From the NCBI RefSeq assembly GCF_018977255.1, contig NW_024704742.1, forward strand, positions 121,150,001 through 121,214,000: a stretch of 64,000 nt of DNA. The letters are read 5' to 3'. Shown in pieces: positions 40,184-53,073 of this stretch. Numbering within the stretch: position 1 is the first letter of the stretch; each line of letters begins with the position of its first letter. The notes under the pieces were generated by a model that was not told where the DNA came from, searched no databases, and saw only the letters and a list, made by a program, of their open reading frames with translations. The DNA is from Callorhinchus milii. Lineage: Eukaryota. A program made the translations under genes and the position numbers.

Positions 40184-40478
40184 ATGAAATTACACGGATG
40201 GTATTCCATGTGTCTTCCCATTTCCTTGACAATAATGTGCCTGGCGAGCAGTCCATCACAATCCGCTCTCGGGACGGGAGGGAGAGAAGGGGAACACATT
40301 CGAATCAAAGCGATCAAGAAGGCAGTCATGGAGCAACTGCGGATGAGGAGGCAGCCCGAGCCAGCAATAAAGGAGGAGAAAATGTACCAACTTTACCTGC
40401 AACGTGTGAGGAGCTCAGACCTGACCAACAGGGAACCTCGCCTGAGGATGGACACTGTCAGCATGTTTGTGCACAAGG
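40184..40478 (+). CDS. GDF15-like: TGF-beta superfamily ligand, GDF15-like, exon 1 (signal peptide and N-terminal prodomain)
   Basis: ATG at 40184; hydrophobic leader MKLHGWYSMCLPISLTIMCLASS; prodomain helix RIKAIKKAVMEQLRMRRQP; GTAAG donor at 40479, phase 1. Confidence 0.85.
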
Positions 40479-41199
40479 GTAAGAGCTTTGTGGTGGTGTT
40501 TATTATTTGTGTTTATTATAATTATAAGAGCGATTATTTTAGATGCTCATCGCACTTGCAAGCTTAGCTTTACCGTGATCAAACTCCACAGAGTAGTATT
40601 GCCTCCTAATAGATAAAGATTGTTTAAAGGGTGTCCAGGCTGTCGATTAATTGACCACTAAATCATTATGACATTTTAAACCGATTGTAAAAATTCACCA
40701 CCTTACACAAATGTGTTTTTGTTAGGAATATCTACTTTTTTTTGGGGGGTGGGGTGGGGAGAAATCCTCTGAAGTAAACTTCGGGAGAGGTTTGGATTTT
40801 TTTTAAAAAAAGGAATCAAAGTACATTTGATATGGGAAAGATTTAAGCTATGTATTTAAATCCAAGGTGATGCACACACACACACCATCTACTCTTAATT
40901 AGCTATTGACTCATGGTCTTCCATCAAAGATACTTTAATACAATATAATTTACATTTATACAACGTCTTTCACATCGGGAGCACAGCCTCAGGTGCCCAT
41001 CCAGTACATTCACAGTCCTAAATATAGCTCATTCTTTGATTTTTTAAAAAAAACTAAATCAGATTCCCTCCTCTTTCTCATTTTCTTTTCATTATACACA
41101 AAGATTATCACCATTTCTTTGATGGCTTCAGTCTTAATCTTTCTTTATCTATAAACATTCTTGGCCTCACTAGAACAGCAATAAACGACTCTTATACAA

Positions 41200-41660
41200 A
41201 TGATTCTTGTGTGGCGCTCTTCACATCGCAAAGACGTCTCAGGACGTTGGACAGTCAGGATTTTTTGGACCTGAGCCAGGAGTTGAAGTCAGGAGGGGTG
41301 GAGGACGGGGGTGGGGGGTAGGGTGGCCGAAGGTATGATCGAAGAGGAAGGTCTTTAGACGGAACTTGAAGGAGGCAAGAGAGGGCGTGTGATGGAGGAA
41401 TTGCGGGATAGAGTTCCAGAGGTGTGGGGGCAGAGATGCTGAATGCCCGACCGCCAATGGTGGGATGGGAAGCGCGGGGGACTTGAAGCAGGCCAGTATC
41501 TGCTGAGTGGAGGGAGAAGACAGGCTGATTTGGGGTTAGAAGGTCGCAGAGGTAGGGGGGAGCAAGACTGTGGAGGACTTTGAAGGTGAGAACAGAGGTT
41601 TTGTACTCTATTCTCTGAGGGATTGGGAGCCAGTGAAGCCGGGTGAGAATGGGCATTGTG
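41200..41660 (-). mobile_element. L2 LINE 3' fragment in the GDF15-like intron
   Basis: LTRLHWLPIPQRIEYK peptide and an L2 tail. Confidence 0.85.
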
Positions 41661-44099
41661 AGATTAAACACTCATACATCTGCTTATCTTAGATCTGTTT
41701 ATCTCTCTATAAAGTCCAGGTGCATTCAATTCTGTTCATCTGGTGAAGCTCTTCTAAGATTGTCATTGAGAGGTAATTCCTATCTCACATTCCTCATCCA
41801 ACCTTTCATTTCATCACAACCTTTCAGATCTCAGTCTATTTTGTCAATACTGTAATACTAAGGTGATTGCTGTTCCTGAACATCCTTCTCTTGGTCCTTT
41901 TAAGCTCCAAATACTACATGCTCTTTCTCCTTCCTGATCATTCAGTATTGAAACAAAACTGATCATACCTCCTGCTGCTCTAACCCAATTGTTTCCCAGG
42001 ATTTGAAGACTAGAATTTTCACATTCCTTATCCTCCCAAAAACAGCAATAAATTCTGTGCTTATATGAAAAGTCGAGAAATAGATTTTATTTAGCATTTA
42101 AAATATCTACTGCCGTGGATTTACATATTGACACTTCTGTAGTGTTGCAATGCTTGACTAAGAGATGCACTTTTTCTCTTGCCTGTTTCTCCAATTTGTC
42201 ATAATATGTGGCACAGAGTGAATATACTTTGTACCTTCTTGTATCACTGAAAATGGCCTCTTGATAAGTTTATAAACACAGGGCTTACACCATATTTATA
42301 CTGTAATTGCTGTTGTTAAACTTTGAAGAAAATAAATCTAATGGTAAGTAAATTGAACCTAACCCAATTCCCTGTGATACGCTGTGTGTAATTATTTTCT
42401 ATTTACCCAATTTTCATCAAAATCACCATTTGGAATTCTCCACTATATAAAAAATACTATGTGTGGATTTTATTTATAAAAATGTAAAAGGATCTGCTCC
42501 AGTCATATCAGTCAAGGTGATTGCCCTACAGAACACATGAGCGTCCCAGCATTATTTATTATTATTAATAATAATAGTGATAATAGTTCTTACATTTGAT
42601 ATGGTATCTTTCACACTGGGGGGATGGCTTACAGAGTTTCACAGGATTTACTGGAGGAGAAGTGAATGTGTACTTTGTTTATTTGTGCGTTATAGGCTGT
42701 GCACAATTGGCTGCTAGTTTTCGCCCACAAAAAAAGTCAATTCATTCTGTGAAGTGCTTTGGGACATCTCGAAGATGTGATAAGGCTCTATATCAAATGT
42801 AAGGATTATTATTATTGTTTCCAGACAGTTTCTTGCACCTGATAGCGGCTAAGTCCAAAGATGCAATAATTTAGGGCCGGGAGCAGATTCACTTCCTGCC
42901 TTCTCTACTTGGAAATTCATAAAGATAAGTTATGATAACGGAATCTTAAATAGGATTTTCTAAATATTGGGGCAAAAATTCCAAATCAGAGCAATCAATA
43001 ATAACTTAAACATATAATAATGCACATGGAGTAGTAACTACTAAACCATAATCTAAATAAAGTGGTTAGTATAATAATAATAATAATCTTTGCATTTGAT
43101 ATAGTGCCTTAGCGTCAGGGACAGTTACAGAGTCAAAATATTTCATAGCACTTTACAGAGTTTTCTGTAAAAGTGCAGCGATTGTGTATTTGTACACAAA
43201 CGTGGTAGCCAGTTTGTATAGAACAATGTCCCACCAACAACCATTACGTGAATGGCTTTTTTTTATTAAGGGGATTTTTGGCCAGGACATTAACAACCAG
43301 CTGGTCATGAAGAGCAAGTTTATGACAGACAACAGGAAATATTTCTTTCCATAGAAGCTAATCGCTAGCTTTAAAAGATTACAAGGAAAGATGAGTGAAT
43401 CCAAGACACTGGATTTATTGAAGGAACAGCTTATAGCTATGAGATCATGTGGGCCAAAGGGCCTTCTTCATCCATACGTCCCTTGTGATCTTGCAAATCT
43501 TGTTTTCCAATTATCATCACGTATCAAGGACCTGATGCTGAAAGTTGTCAAAATGTAGCTCCAAAACAGGTACGAGTGAATGAATTCCAAGGTTGCAATA
43601 TAATTTTATGTTTCAGGTGACAGCTATAAACCACTGTTGTTTTTGCTCTTGTTTATTACATCTTTTAAATATCTGGTAATTTGCTCTCATGTATTTATTA
43701 GTCTTAGTGTAATTCACTGAGAAGAATGCCTTCACCTTATCATGAACTCTGTCCACTGGTAATCTGTCATGTGACATCTCTCTAACTGTCCCTGATCTGA
43801 GAGCCCCTCTTCTTCCATACAGGGTTGGGAATGATCTCTAGGAAACAATCCATTCAACTCCTCTTGCAACTCAAAAGAATGCACCCATGCTGACACACAA
43901 AGTTGTTGCAGATTAACAGAAAGTGCATTTGATTTAAACGTCCAAAAGTTAGAAAAATAGAAATATTATTTGAGCTGTATTGCATTCCACCTGAGTGAGT
44001 AATACACAGCTTTGGAGCCATGTATTTGATAAACCAGTTGACCTTTGCTCATGTTGTGCTGTACAATATATGACGCATGTACAAAATGTTCATTGTATC

Positions 44100-44435
44100 A
44101 GCAATAATCCCCCAAATAAAATTGTCATTCACTTCATAGCTGTTCAAATGCATGGCCAATTTTCTTTTAACGCTGAGAGATTATTGGTCAGGACACGAGG
44201 AGAAACACCCTTATTTTTTCAAACAGTATCATGGGATCTTTAACATCTATCTGAACAGGCAGATAGGCCTCATTTTAACATCCAAAGGAAGTCACCTTCT
44301 GACAATGCAACACACTCCAGCACTAAAGTGCCATTCTAGTTTATGAGCTCAAGGATCCCGACATGGAGCTTTGAACCCAAAACATTTTAACTCAGAGGCA
44401 AGAGTGCTACGAACTGGACCAGATGTCAGCTGACA
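44100..44435 (-). mobile_element. Old Deu-domain-like SINE
   Basis: Similar to the 51335-51782 copy (ATGGGATCTTTAACATC..CTGAACAGGCAGA). Confidence 0.6.
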
Positions 44436-44540
44436 CCTAGAGAAAAGAAATATTCAATCTAGAAACATTTATTTTGAAATGAGGGAGTATAAAAAATGCA
44501 CGTAAACTTAAATTAATACATATTCTTATTTTTGGAACAG

Positions 44541-45364
44541 GAACAATTTTGGAAAACAGCGGTGGGACAGTAAATTATTTCACCAGTGACAAACAACGGG
44601 TGCACTTTAACCTCACTACCACCAAGAACAAACTTGTCTTTGGCAAAATAAAGATTTCACGAGGTGAACTTAAAATCTACAGGCGCGACGAGCAGAATCC
44701 AAACTTACTGGAGAAAAGGAAGTATGGAACACTGCAGCTTGTCAAAGTCTACCAATTGCTCAAGCCTGCAATTGAAAGGAAAGAATTTCAGCGCCATCTT
44801 CTTGGTTCTAGACTCATTAAGACAAATTCTGAAAAGGCCGAAATGGTTGACATTCGAAAAACTGTTCAGCATTGGATAAACTACCCACAGGAAAATTTTG
44901 GTCTTGAAATTGTACAGTTTCCTCGGCTTCCCAGCAGTAAACGTGACCTAAACGACAAAGCAACTATTGAAGCAGAGTTGGAAATAGAAACACAGAAGGT
45001 TTTCAAAGAAGTTCGCCAACGCCGTGAAAGTGACACTGAAGACTGTCAGAGAAATCAGGTCCAGTGTTGTAGACGGGCACTAAATGTGTCATTTGAAGCG
45101 ATCGGATGGTCAGACTGGGTCAAGGCCCCCCTAAATTATAATGCCTTTTACTGCGATGGTACTTGTCCACCTAAGTACAAACTTGCCACAATGCATACAC
45201 TGATCCAATCAAATATGAATCGCGTTTCCCATGGAGCTGTTCGTACTCCCTGCTGTGTCCCCGCCTCCTATGAACCACTAACTCTTCTCCATTTTAACAG
45301 TGATCGGAAATTAACAGCTACAGCATTTGATGACATGATTGTGTCTAAATGTCATTGTTCCTAA
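44541..45364 (+). CDS. GDF15-like: TGF-beta superfamily ligand, GDF15-like, exon 2 (prodomain arm, RQRR furin site, 112-aa cystine-knot domain)
   Basis: CAG acceptor at 44538-44540, in phase with exon 1; RQRR at 45014-45025; mature domain with C-x6-CC, GWSDW, CDGTCP, PCCVPASYEP and terminal CHCS; TAA at 45362-45364; 372 aa in total. Confidence 0.93.
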
Positions 45365-45390
45365 TGTTATCATTAAAAAAAATCTAGTTG

Positions 45391-45428
45391 TAATATTTAT
45401 TGAAAAACATTATTTATTGATATTTATG
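45391..45428 (+). promoter_or_regulatory. AU-rich element cluster in the GDF15-like 3' UTR
   Basis: Three ATTTA pentamers (45395, 45412, 45422), one within TTATTTATT, starting about 30 nt after the stop codon. Confidence 0.5.
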
Positions 45429-45595
45429 TGCAATGTCATCTGCTGTAAAATTATTTTGACTCCTGATTGTACTCTGGTTCTGTCTCTCTAATTTCTTATC
45501 TACAATTTCAGATTAAATCTGATAATGCAAGTAGGACAATTGCATTACATTTTTTGTTTTTTTTAAAAAAAGGTTTAGTTTTGACAACAATTTTA

Positions 45596-46175
45596 CAATA
45601 CAATACAAAATTACATTTGTATAGTGCCTTTCATTGGGAGGACATCCCAAGGTGCTGGACAGTCAGGGATTTGGACCGGAGTTGAAGGGGGATAGGATCA
45701 GGGAGGGTGAAGGGCTGGGGTGGGAGGAGGGTGGTCGAAGGCATGTTCGAAGAGGAGGGTCTTAAGACGTGCCTTGAAGGAGGCAAGGGAGGGAGTGAGG
45801 AGAAAGGAATGTGGGATGGAGTTCCGAAAGGTGGGAGCAGAGAGGCTGAAAGCCCGAACGCCAATGGTAAGGAGTGTCAGGTGTGAAATGTGGAGCAGGC
45901 CTGCTGAGCGGACAGGTTGATATGGGGTCAGTGGGTCACAGAGACCTGAAGGGCCTTGAAGACCAAGATGAGGATTTTGAACTCTATCCGCTGAGGAATG
46001 GGGAGCTAGTGGAGCCGGGCGAGAGTGCTGGTAATCCGGTCACAGAGCCTGGACCGGGAGAGGACACGAGCTGCAGAGTTTTGGAATGATCTTGTAGAGG
46101 GAAGAGTTGGGAAGGCTGACAAGCAGGGATTGGGGTAGTTGAGCCTAGATGTGATGAATGTGTGAATAACGGCCA
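45596..46175 (-). mobile_element. L2 LINE 3' fragment downstream of the GDF15-like gene
   Basis: L2 tail and ORF2 C-terminal homology. Confidence 0.8.
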
Positions 46176-46471
46176 CCTGAGGGGTGAGGCACCTTTCATG
46201 TCACAAGAATGTCTCAAAGCGCTTCACAGAATTACCTGGGAGCCTGAGCTGTGACTGGGGGGAACAGGGGAAGGTCACCAAAAGTGAAAAAAGGTCTTAA
46301 GATGGGCTTTAAAGGTGAGGAGGGAGGGAGGAAGATAGAGGCACTCCAGGATGGAGACCCAGAGAGTAGGGACAGTTTTAAAGGCTTACTTTCACAGCTT
46401 AGGAAATGTTCAAGAACTTATAGAGGTTTGAATAATTTAATAATATAAATAATATAATTTAAAACAAATTG

Positions 46472-47059
46472 CATTCAGAACTCTGCAGCTCGTGTACTGT
46501 CCCGCACCAGGCTTCGCGATCACATCACTCCCACCCTCGCTCGCCTCCACTGGCTCCCCATCCCCCAGAGGATTGATTTCAAGATCCTCATCCTCACCTA
46601 CAAGGCCATTCACGGCCTTGCTCCCTCCTACCTCTCCAACCTACTATCCCCCTACCTACCTGCCCGTACCCTCCGTTCCTCTGGCTCCGGTCTGCTCCAC
46701 GTCCCCCGCCCCAACCGCCCTACCATCGGTGGTCGGGCCTTCAGCCTCTCAGCCCCCAGGCTCTGGAACTCCATCCCCCAGTGCCTTCGCCGCCTTCTCC
46801 CTTTCCTCCTTCAAGGCCGGTCTCAAGACCTTTCTCTTTGACCGAGCCTTCAGCTCCCCTCTCGACTCTCTTCCCACTCCTCGCTCCCTCCCTTCCCTCC
46901 CCTCACCCTGACCATTTCCCCCCTCCTCTCTCCCTCCCTTCCCTCCCCTCACCCTGACCATTTCCCCCCTGCTCGGGTCATGACCCAACTGTGCAGCGCC
47001 TTGGGACGTCCTCCTGACGTGAAAGGCGCTCTATAAATGGAATCTTGTTGTTGTTGTTG
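46472..47059 (+). mobile_element. Young 5'-truncated L2 LINE with a duplication of about 45 bp in its 3' UTR
   Basis: Nearly identical to 25200-25747. Confidence 0.92.
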
Positions 47060-48839
47060 CTGCAAACTGGCTTCTAAATTGAGGCTGAACTTAAGAATTT
47101 TCAAAAATTCTGAACAATTTTAAATTTTAGGTCAGTTATCCTCAGGCTAAGACCATGATATAAATTTATAATAATTCACATGGAATTGTTAAGCGTTGTG
47201 ACCATGTTTGCAAGGAAAGGTGGTGGCCATACATTTGCCTTCAACTACACAGTCACTAGACTCTATAATATATTCTGGGAAGTGTTTTGAGACAACCTCC
47301 GACATTAACGGCACCATACAAGTGAAAATTGTATTCCAATGTAATAATAATGCACTCCATGCTGTGTGCAATCAGTAGCCGCATTTTCATCCACAAAATA
47401 TACAGTTAATTTTATTCTGTGAAGCTCTTTGAGACATCTCAATGATGTGAAACGACGCTGTGTCAAAAGCTAGAATTATTATTATGAAAATGTTGTAGCT
47501 TTAGGTTCCCCAAATCATTCACAACATTCCGAAGTGCCAATATTTGAGTAAAGTTGGGCTAAATTAGTTCCTGCGCTCATTAAGACAAAGCGTGGGCAAA
47601 ATTGTCCACATTTGAACACCGCATAAACTTCCCATGAAAACATTTCAGCTTTGCAGTTGAGTTAATTGTTTGGTGTCCCAATAGTAAACGTAACTTTAGT
47701 CGCAATACAACAACAACTTGCATTTATATATTGCCCTTTACCCGGGGTAGTGTCTCGCATGCCTGAAGGAACTATTGAAGCAGAGCAGGAGAAAGAAACT
47801 TAAAAGATTTTCCAAGAAATATCCAAATAACGTGAAAGCCACCAACAGGAACTGCCAGAAACATTTTAATTTACCCTCTGTCACAGGCCAGGGCCTCTGG
47901 ATACACTTACTTCACAGATTCCATCAGTAAGGACCCTGTATTATGCTACAGATTAATTCTTGGAATCAGTTTGTATCAGATCTTTCAGCTGCCTTCCATA
48001 GAGAAGCTCACTTTTTGTAGGAAGTTATTTTATTCAAGCACAGAAAGATGAAAGACATTACAGATAAATAAATACATTCGACCACGTTCTTTATTGAGGC
48101 TACCTTTCAATGTGAAGTCCTCCAGAGGACTGAATTCAAAATCGTTGCCCTCACTCATCCATCCTGACCTCATTTTACCTCGGTAACATCCTGTGCTCAA
48201 CAAATACCGGTCTACTTCATGTCCACTCCCGATCCGCGCCCCCATCATTGGAAAAACTTTCAGACATTTTGCTCCTGGTTTCTGGTTTATTTTTATATGT
48301 CATTTTCCACTTGCAGAGAATACATGTAATGGATACGTGGAAGCTACTACAAGGCAATTATTTTATCTAGGGCTTTATCCTGAACCCAGAGATTAGATTG
48401 TAGCTGTGAAGTCATTCTCTGATATCTGCTAGAGCATTTAATGTAACCTGCCTCTATTTGATTCTGGGGATACATTCTGATTCTGGTCTGATTTGTTCAG
48501 CTTGGTAGTAATCCAGTGTAAGTACTTAAAGAATTCTCCAGTTTTTATTTTGACATTTCTCATTGAATCTCAGCACACTTCGAGCAACATTGAACTTTAT
48601 GTACCGTAGTGTTGCAACGTGAGTGGGAGCAGCAGATTTAGTCTTTATTACTGCAGGTTTATCAAAATATAAACTGTGCCAATTCCAGGGATCAAATGAA
48701 TACAATTAAAGCAATTGTTAGCTCTTGAATGCGTATTTCTACAAGTGTGTAATGTAGAAAGCAGAACTCGAATCCGCCTACGGGTTCAATTCTGAGATTG
48801 CTGTTGGAGAAGTCATTATTTCAAAACTTTTAAACTGTA

Positions 48840-49005
48840 ATAGACATCTATTAGGAAGTGAGTTGAGTTTGCCCTAGTCGCATTTCACTTAGAATCCTTT
48901 ATTATAGATGGTAGAGAGAGGAGACTTCCCTCCTATCAGTCTGGGATGGCAATGAATTCAGGTCACAGAGGTGAAAGAGCATTCTTCTAACCCACTGTGC
49001 CACCC
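48840..49005 (-). mobile_element. Ancient LF-SINE-like tRNA SINE fragment
   Basis: Reverse complement GGTGGCACAGTGGGTTA...CTTTCACCTCTGTGACCTG...GTGAAATG...TTCCTAATAGA resembles recalled LF-SINE-type motifs. Confidence 0.45.
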
Positions 49006-51334
49006 TATTCCCTACAATAAACTATTGTACAGAACAAGACAGCAGAACTATACATATAATGAGATTATACACAAATCCAAATAGTAACACGCAATTAACC
49101 ATTGTCCAGTGTTTTATAGTACTATTGTCCATTACCTCAAATAATAAGACTATAAATAAATGCAAGTATGAAAGACAATTCAGTTTTGTACAATATGCTT
49201 ACTGTGACATAATGCATCACTACCATTGACGTATATGAAGAAGATAATGTATTATTGTGCAGTATAGTAGTGGCACTACATATTTCTAGAAAAACTAGGA
49301 ATAAGATAATTACATTAACATTGATTTTTTTGCAATAAAATATAATATAGATTTGGCATATCGACCGGAAAAACAATCAACTTATCACTAATATACTTTG
49401 TTTATGGATATCATTTGTATAATTTGTACAGTGCTTCCTGGATTGTATACATAAAAGTAGATTATTTTGAAATGCTTCAGAAAGCTGAAGCTTGGTGCTT
49501 CACACTCTGTGTTTTGCCCACAAGCAATCTATCTAAGGCATGTATCAATAGTGGATCAATCAAGCAGCACAATAATGTATACCATAAGGAGAGCAATAGC
49601 TGATGGAAATCTATTCCCCAACAGCATGCTGTGACACAACAATCATTTGACCCCTTCTCCCCCCCACCCCCATACCCGCCCCTCTATTACCTCCACCACT
49701 GATTCAACTTTGACACTGACTAGGAGCAATATTAGTTACTTCTTTGATTTCTCTTCCTTTCTGGGAGCATTTCCTCCTGGTTACAGGGCTGTGATCAGTA
49801 AAAAGCACCAGTAGGTTTGTAGAAGCAAAGCCAAATCCAGCAATCTGTAATGCAGCACTGTGATATTCCAAAATACACTGTCATAGAGATACTACAGGTT
49901 TATTTAGCTCCAGAATGTTGAGGTATCATCTCAGTATCCATGAGATGAAAAAGCATTATTTACTTAGATACATTGACTGAAATTTTGTAGTTATTTTTGT
50001 ATTGTCATACAAAAAATGAAATTAGTTTTGAAAATTTGAAAATTTGGAGAATGCATAGTCAGCTCATATTTATAAACTAAAACATTTTGCTACTTAGCAT
50101 ATCATATAAAACTATCTGTGTTACATATAAAAAAAGCAATCATTGATCATTGGTATTACCAATTATTATTTACAAATGGTAATCAGGAAATGTTTTATGG
50201 CTGGGCTTTACAGGTTTGTACAAAGCAATGTAAAGTGGTATAAACATTAACACAAAATCAATCATCTAGACACACATTAACTTCACAATTGGTGAATCAT
50301 AAGCTACTTTGGCCAAACTTTCAGCATTGAGTATAATTAACTCTTAATATGAGCAATGAGTAGGTTCTTAAGAAAGAAAACAGCTATGTATATAGTGCAG
50401 TATAATGAGAGAACTAATTCAATATAATAATATAATAATCATCCTTGGCTTTGATATAGTGCTTTATCATGTTGTTGAGATGTCTCAAAGTGCTTCACAT
50501 GATTTTATTATGAAGTTTAATGATCGTTGCTGTGTTTGCCTACAAAATACAGACACTCTACAATATATCCTGTGAAATGTTAGATGATATAACAAGGCAC
50601 CATATCAAATGCAAGGATAATTTTTTTATAAAAAGGTTGCTGTGCTACATTACTTTTGCAGATAACACTGAAATCTATTAATTAACACACTTGATGAACG
50701 ACAGAGAGGAATTTTGAAGCTGGGAAAAGCATGTGACATTTGGCCAAAATCCCAAGTTAGAATAAGTGGCATTTTACAGTAATGGATTGGAATCAGAAAG
50801 TATAAAATGTAAAAATATTAACTTCAGAAACATTGTCTCGCAAATTTGTGTAAAGTGAAACCTAAAGGACATCTTACATTTTCACCAAATATTTACTGCT
50901 GAAGATCAGGAAATTGCTGATAATGTGCTTCAAATTTGGTTTACCCATACTATGCTGTCATTGTTTTATTGCTCATTGCATTATAAAATGAGTAATGTGA
51001 CCTTGTTGCTGTCTACCTATTATCACAGTCTGACCTTCATCTTCAAAGTGCATGTGGTGTAATGATGTGGAAACTCGTGCCCAACTTTTATAGCATAAGA
51101 GAAAAAACACTTTTTCCAGATGTGAATGTTAAATAACCATGCTTTCAATTTAGTGACAATTCTCTTGAATATGTATTGTACGCGTTACTGAATTTTGTAC
51201 AGAAGTAAAAGATTTTGGTGTAGGTTAACGTTTTACTTACAATCTTTGCTCTAATGTTCATTCCTATTTCAATTTATTCTTTTTCCAGAACTTCTTTAGC
51301 TTCCCCTTGCAATCTACACTTTTTTAAAATAATA

Positions 51335-51782
51335 ATAATAATTGTTGCATTTGCTATAGTGCTTTTCACACTGGGACATTAGGAAGACAGCCCAAAGCGC
51401 TTCAAAGGATTCACTGTGAAATAAAGTGATTGTGTATTTGCAGACAGACATGGCAGCCCAATTGCCCACTGCCATGTCCAACAGACAGACATGAAGTGAG
51501 TGTCCAATTTTGTTTGGGGGATTATTCGCCAAGACACTAGAAGAAACTCCCTTCTCTTTTCAAATAGTGCAATGGGACCTTTAATGTCCACCTGAACAGG
51601 CAGATGGGACCTTGGGTTATTGTCTCATCAAAAGGACCTCACCTACGACAATGCAACACCCCCCCAGCACTGCATTGGAGTATCAGTTCAGGTTATGTGC
51701 ATTGAAATCCTGATGTCGGGGCTTGAACCCACTACGTTCTTACGCAGGGGCTAGAGTGCTACCACTGAGCCAGGCTGACGCA
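51335..51782 (-). mobile_element. Near-full-length Deu-domain SINE (SacSINE1/AmnSINE1-like)
   Basis: tRNA head (GGCTCAGTGGTAGCACTCT...GGTTCAAGCCCC), Deu-like core (TTCAGGTGGACATTAAAGGTCCCATTGCACTATTTGAA) and L2-type tail. Confidence 0.7.
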
Positions 51783-52474
51783 TACCCCTGCTTGGCAAGA
51801 TCTTGACTTATCTTGTTTCTCTGCTACCTTACATTTTCAACCTTGGTAGTTTACTGCACCTAACCTTGGCCTTTTACTTTGATTCTCAATTGAAAGTATC
51901 ATGAGCTAATGTGCTTTATATCACATAAACCAAGAATTTAAATAGCCCTTGCAGTTTGAATGCTGCTGAATTGCTTTAGTGCCTTGGAGTGTAAGAGAGA
52001 AGCCATCTAAAACTAATAAAATCTGTCCTCGCACTTTTAAACTTTGTACAGGTGTAACTTTTGCAATAAATACTTAGGAAACACCGCTGGAGAGAATTTT
52101 GGTTCATGTTTACAGTAAAACATGAACATTTGAAAATGCTTCACAAATGTAAGAAACAGCTGGGAACTGGCATTAAAGGGGACTCTGTAGTTTGTCAGAT
52201 TTCAACTTTGTTTTGTGGATGGAGAGTTTGGTGACCAAATGTAATGAAGAAACATTTTAAGAAGTTTTCAATTAATGTGTGTTCATTATATTGTGAAATG
52301 TCAGTTGCATTTGTATAGTTTCTACCCAGGAGAAATAACTGCATCAACAGTTAATCAGTGGAACTCAATCCCTCTGTCAGATCTTTGCAAACTGCAACAT
52401 TAATTTGACTGAAATACACAAACTAATGTTTGTCTAAAAACACATAATATTGTTTCAGCAGCTACATATTCAAT

Positions 52475-53052
52475 TACATCTAGGCTTGACTACACCAACT
52501 GTCTACTTCTTGGTCTTCCCAACTCTTCCCTCCACAAGCTGCAGATCACTCAGAACTCTGCAGCTTGTGTCCTCTCCCACACCAGGCTCTGTGACCCTAT
52601 CAACCCCACCCTCGCCCAGCTTCACTGGTTCCCTATCTTCCAGAGGATAGAGTTCAAAATCCTAGTCCTCGCCTTCAAGACCCTTCACTGCCTTGCTCCT
52701 TCCTGCCTCTGTGACCTGCTAACCCCATATCAACCTGTCCGCTCCCTCTGCTCAGCAAGCTGTGGCCTGCTCCATGTCTCCCACATGCCCCACTCCACCA
52801 TCAGTGGTCAGGCCTTCAGCTTCTCAGCCCCCACCTTTTGAAACTCCATCCCACATTTCCCTTCGCCTGACTCCCTCCATTGCTCCTTCACGGCATGTCT
52901 CAAGACCCTCCTTTTCGACCATGCCTTTGGCCACCCTCCCATCCTCCACTGTCCCTGAACCCAACCCCACTGCTCAGGTCGAAATCCCTGACTGCCCAAC
53001 ACTTTGGGACGTCCTCCCAACGTGAAAGGCGCAATACAAATGTAATATTGTA
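52475..53052 (+). mobile_element. L2 LINE 3' fragment
   Basis: ORF2 C-terminal homology and stem-loop tail. Confidence 0.85.
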
Positions 53053-53073
53053 TACACATGTAATATTGTATGT

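Noticed and set aside
40094..40567. 157-aa single-exon ORF as listed in the track
   Set aside because: It starts at a non-ATG codon and reads through the splice donor; the real exon is 40184-40478.
40184..45364. Calling the TGF-beta gene GSDF, myostatin, an inhibin or a BMP
   Set aside because: Two-exon structure, intact CxGxC, C-x6-CC and PCCVPASY fit GDF15 best. Teleost GSDF has more exons, myostatin has three, and BMPs typically have seven mature cysteines.
49000..52400. Possible conserved non-coding enhancers in repeat-poor AT-rich DNA
   Set aside because: Cannot be supported without cross-species alignment.
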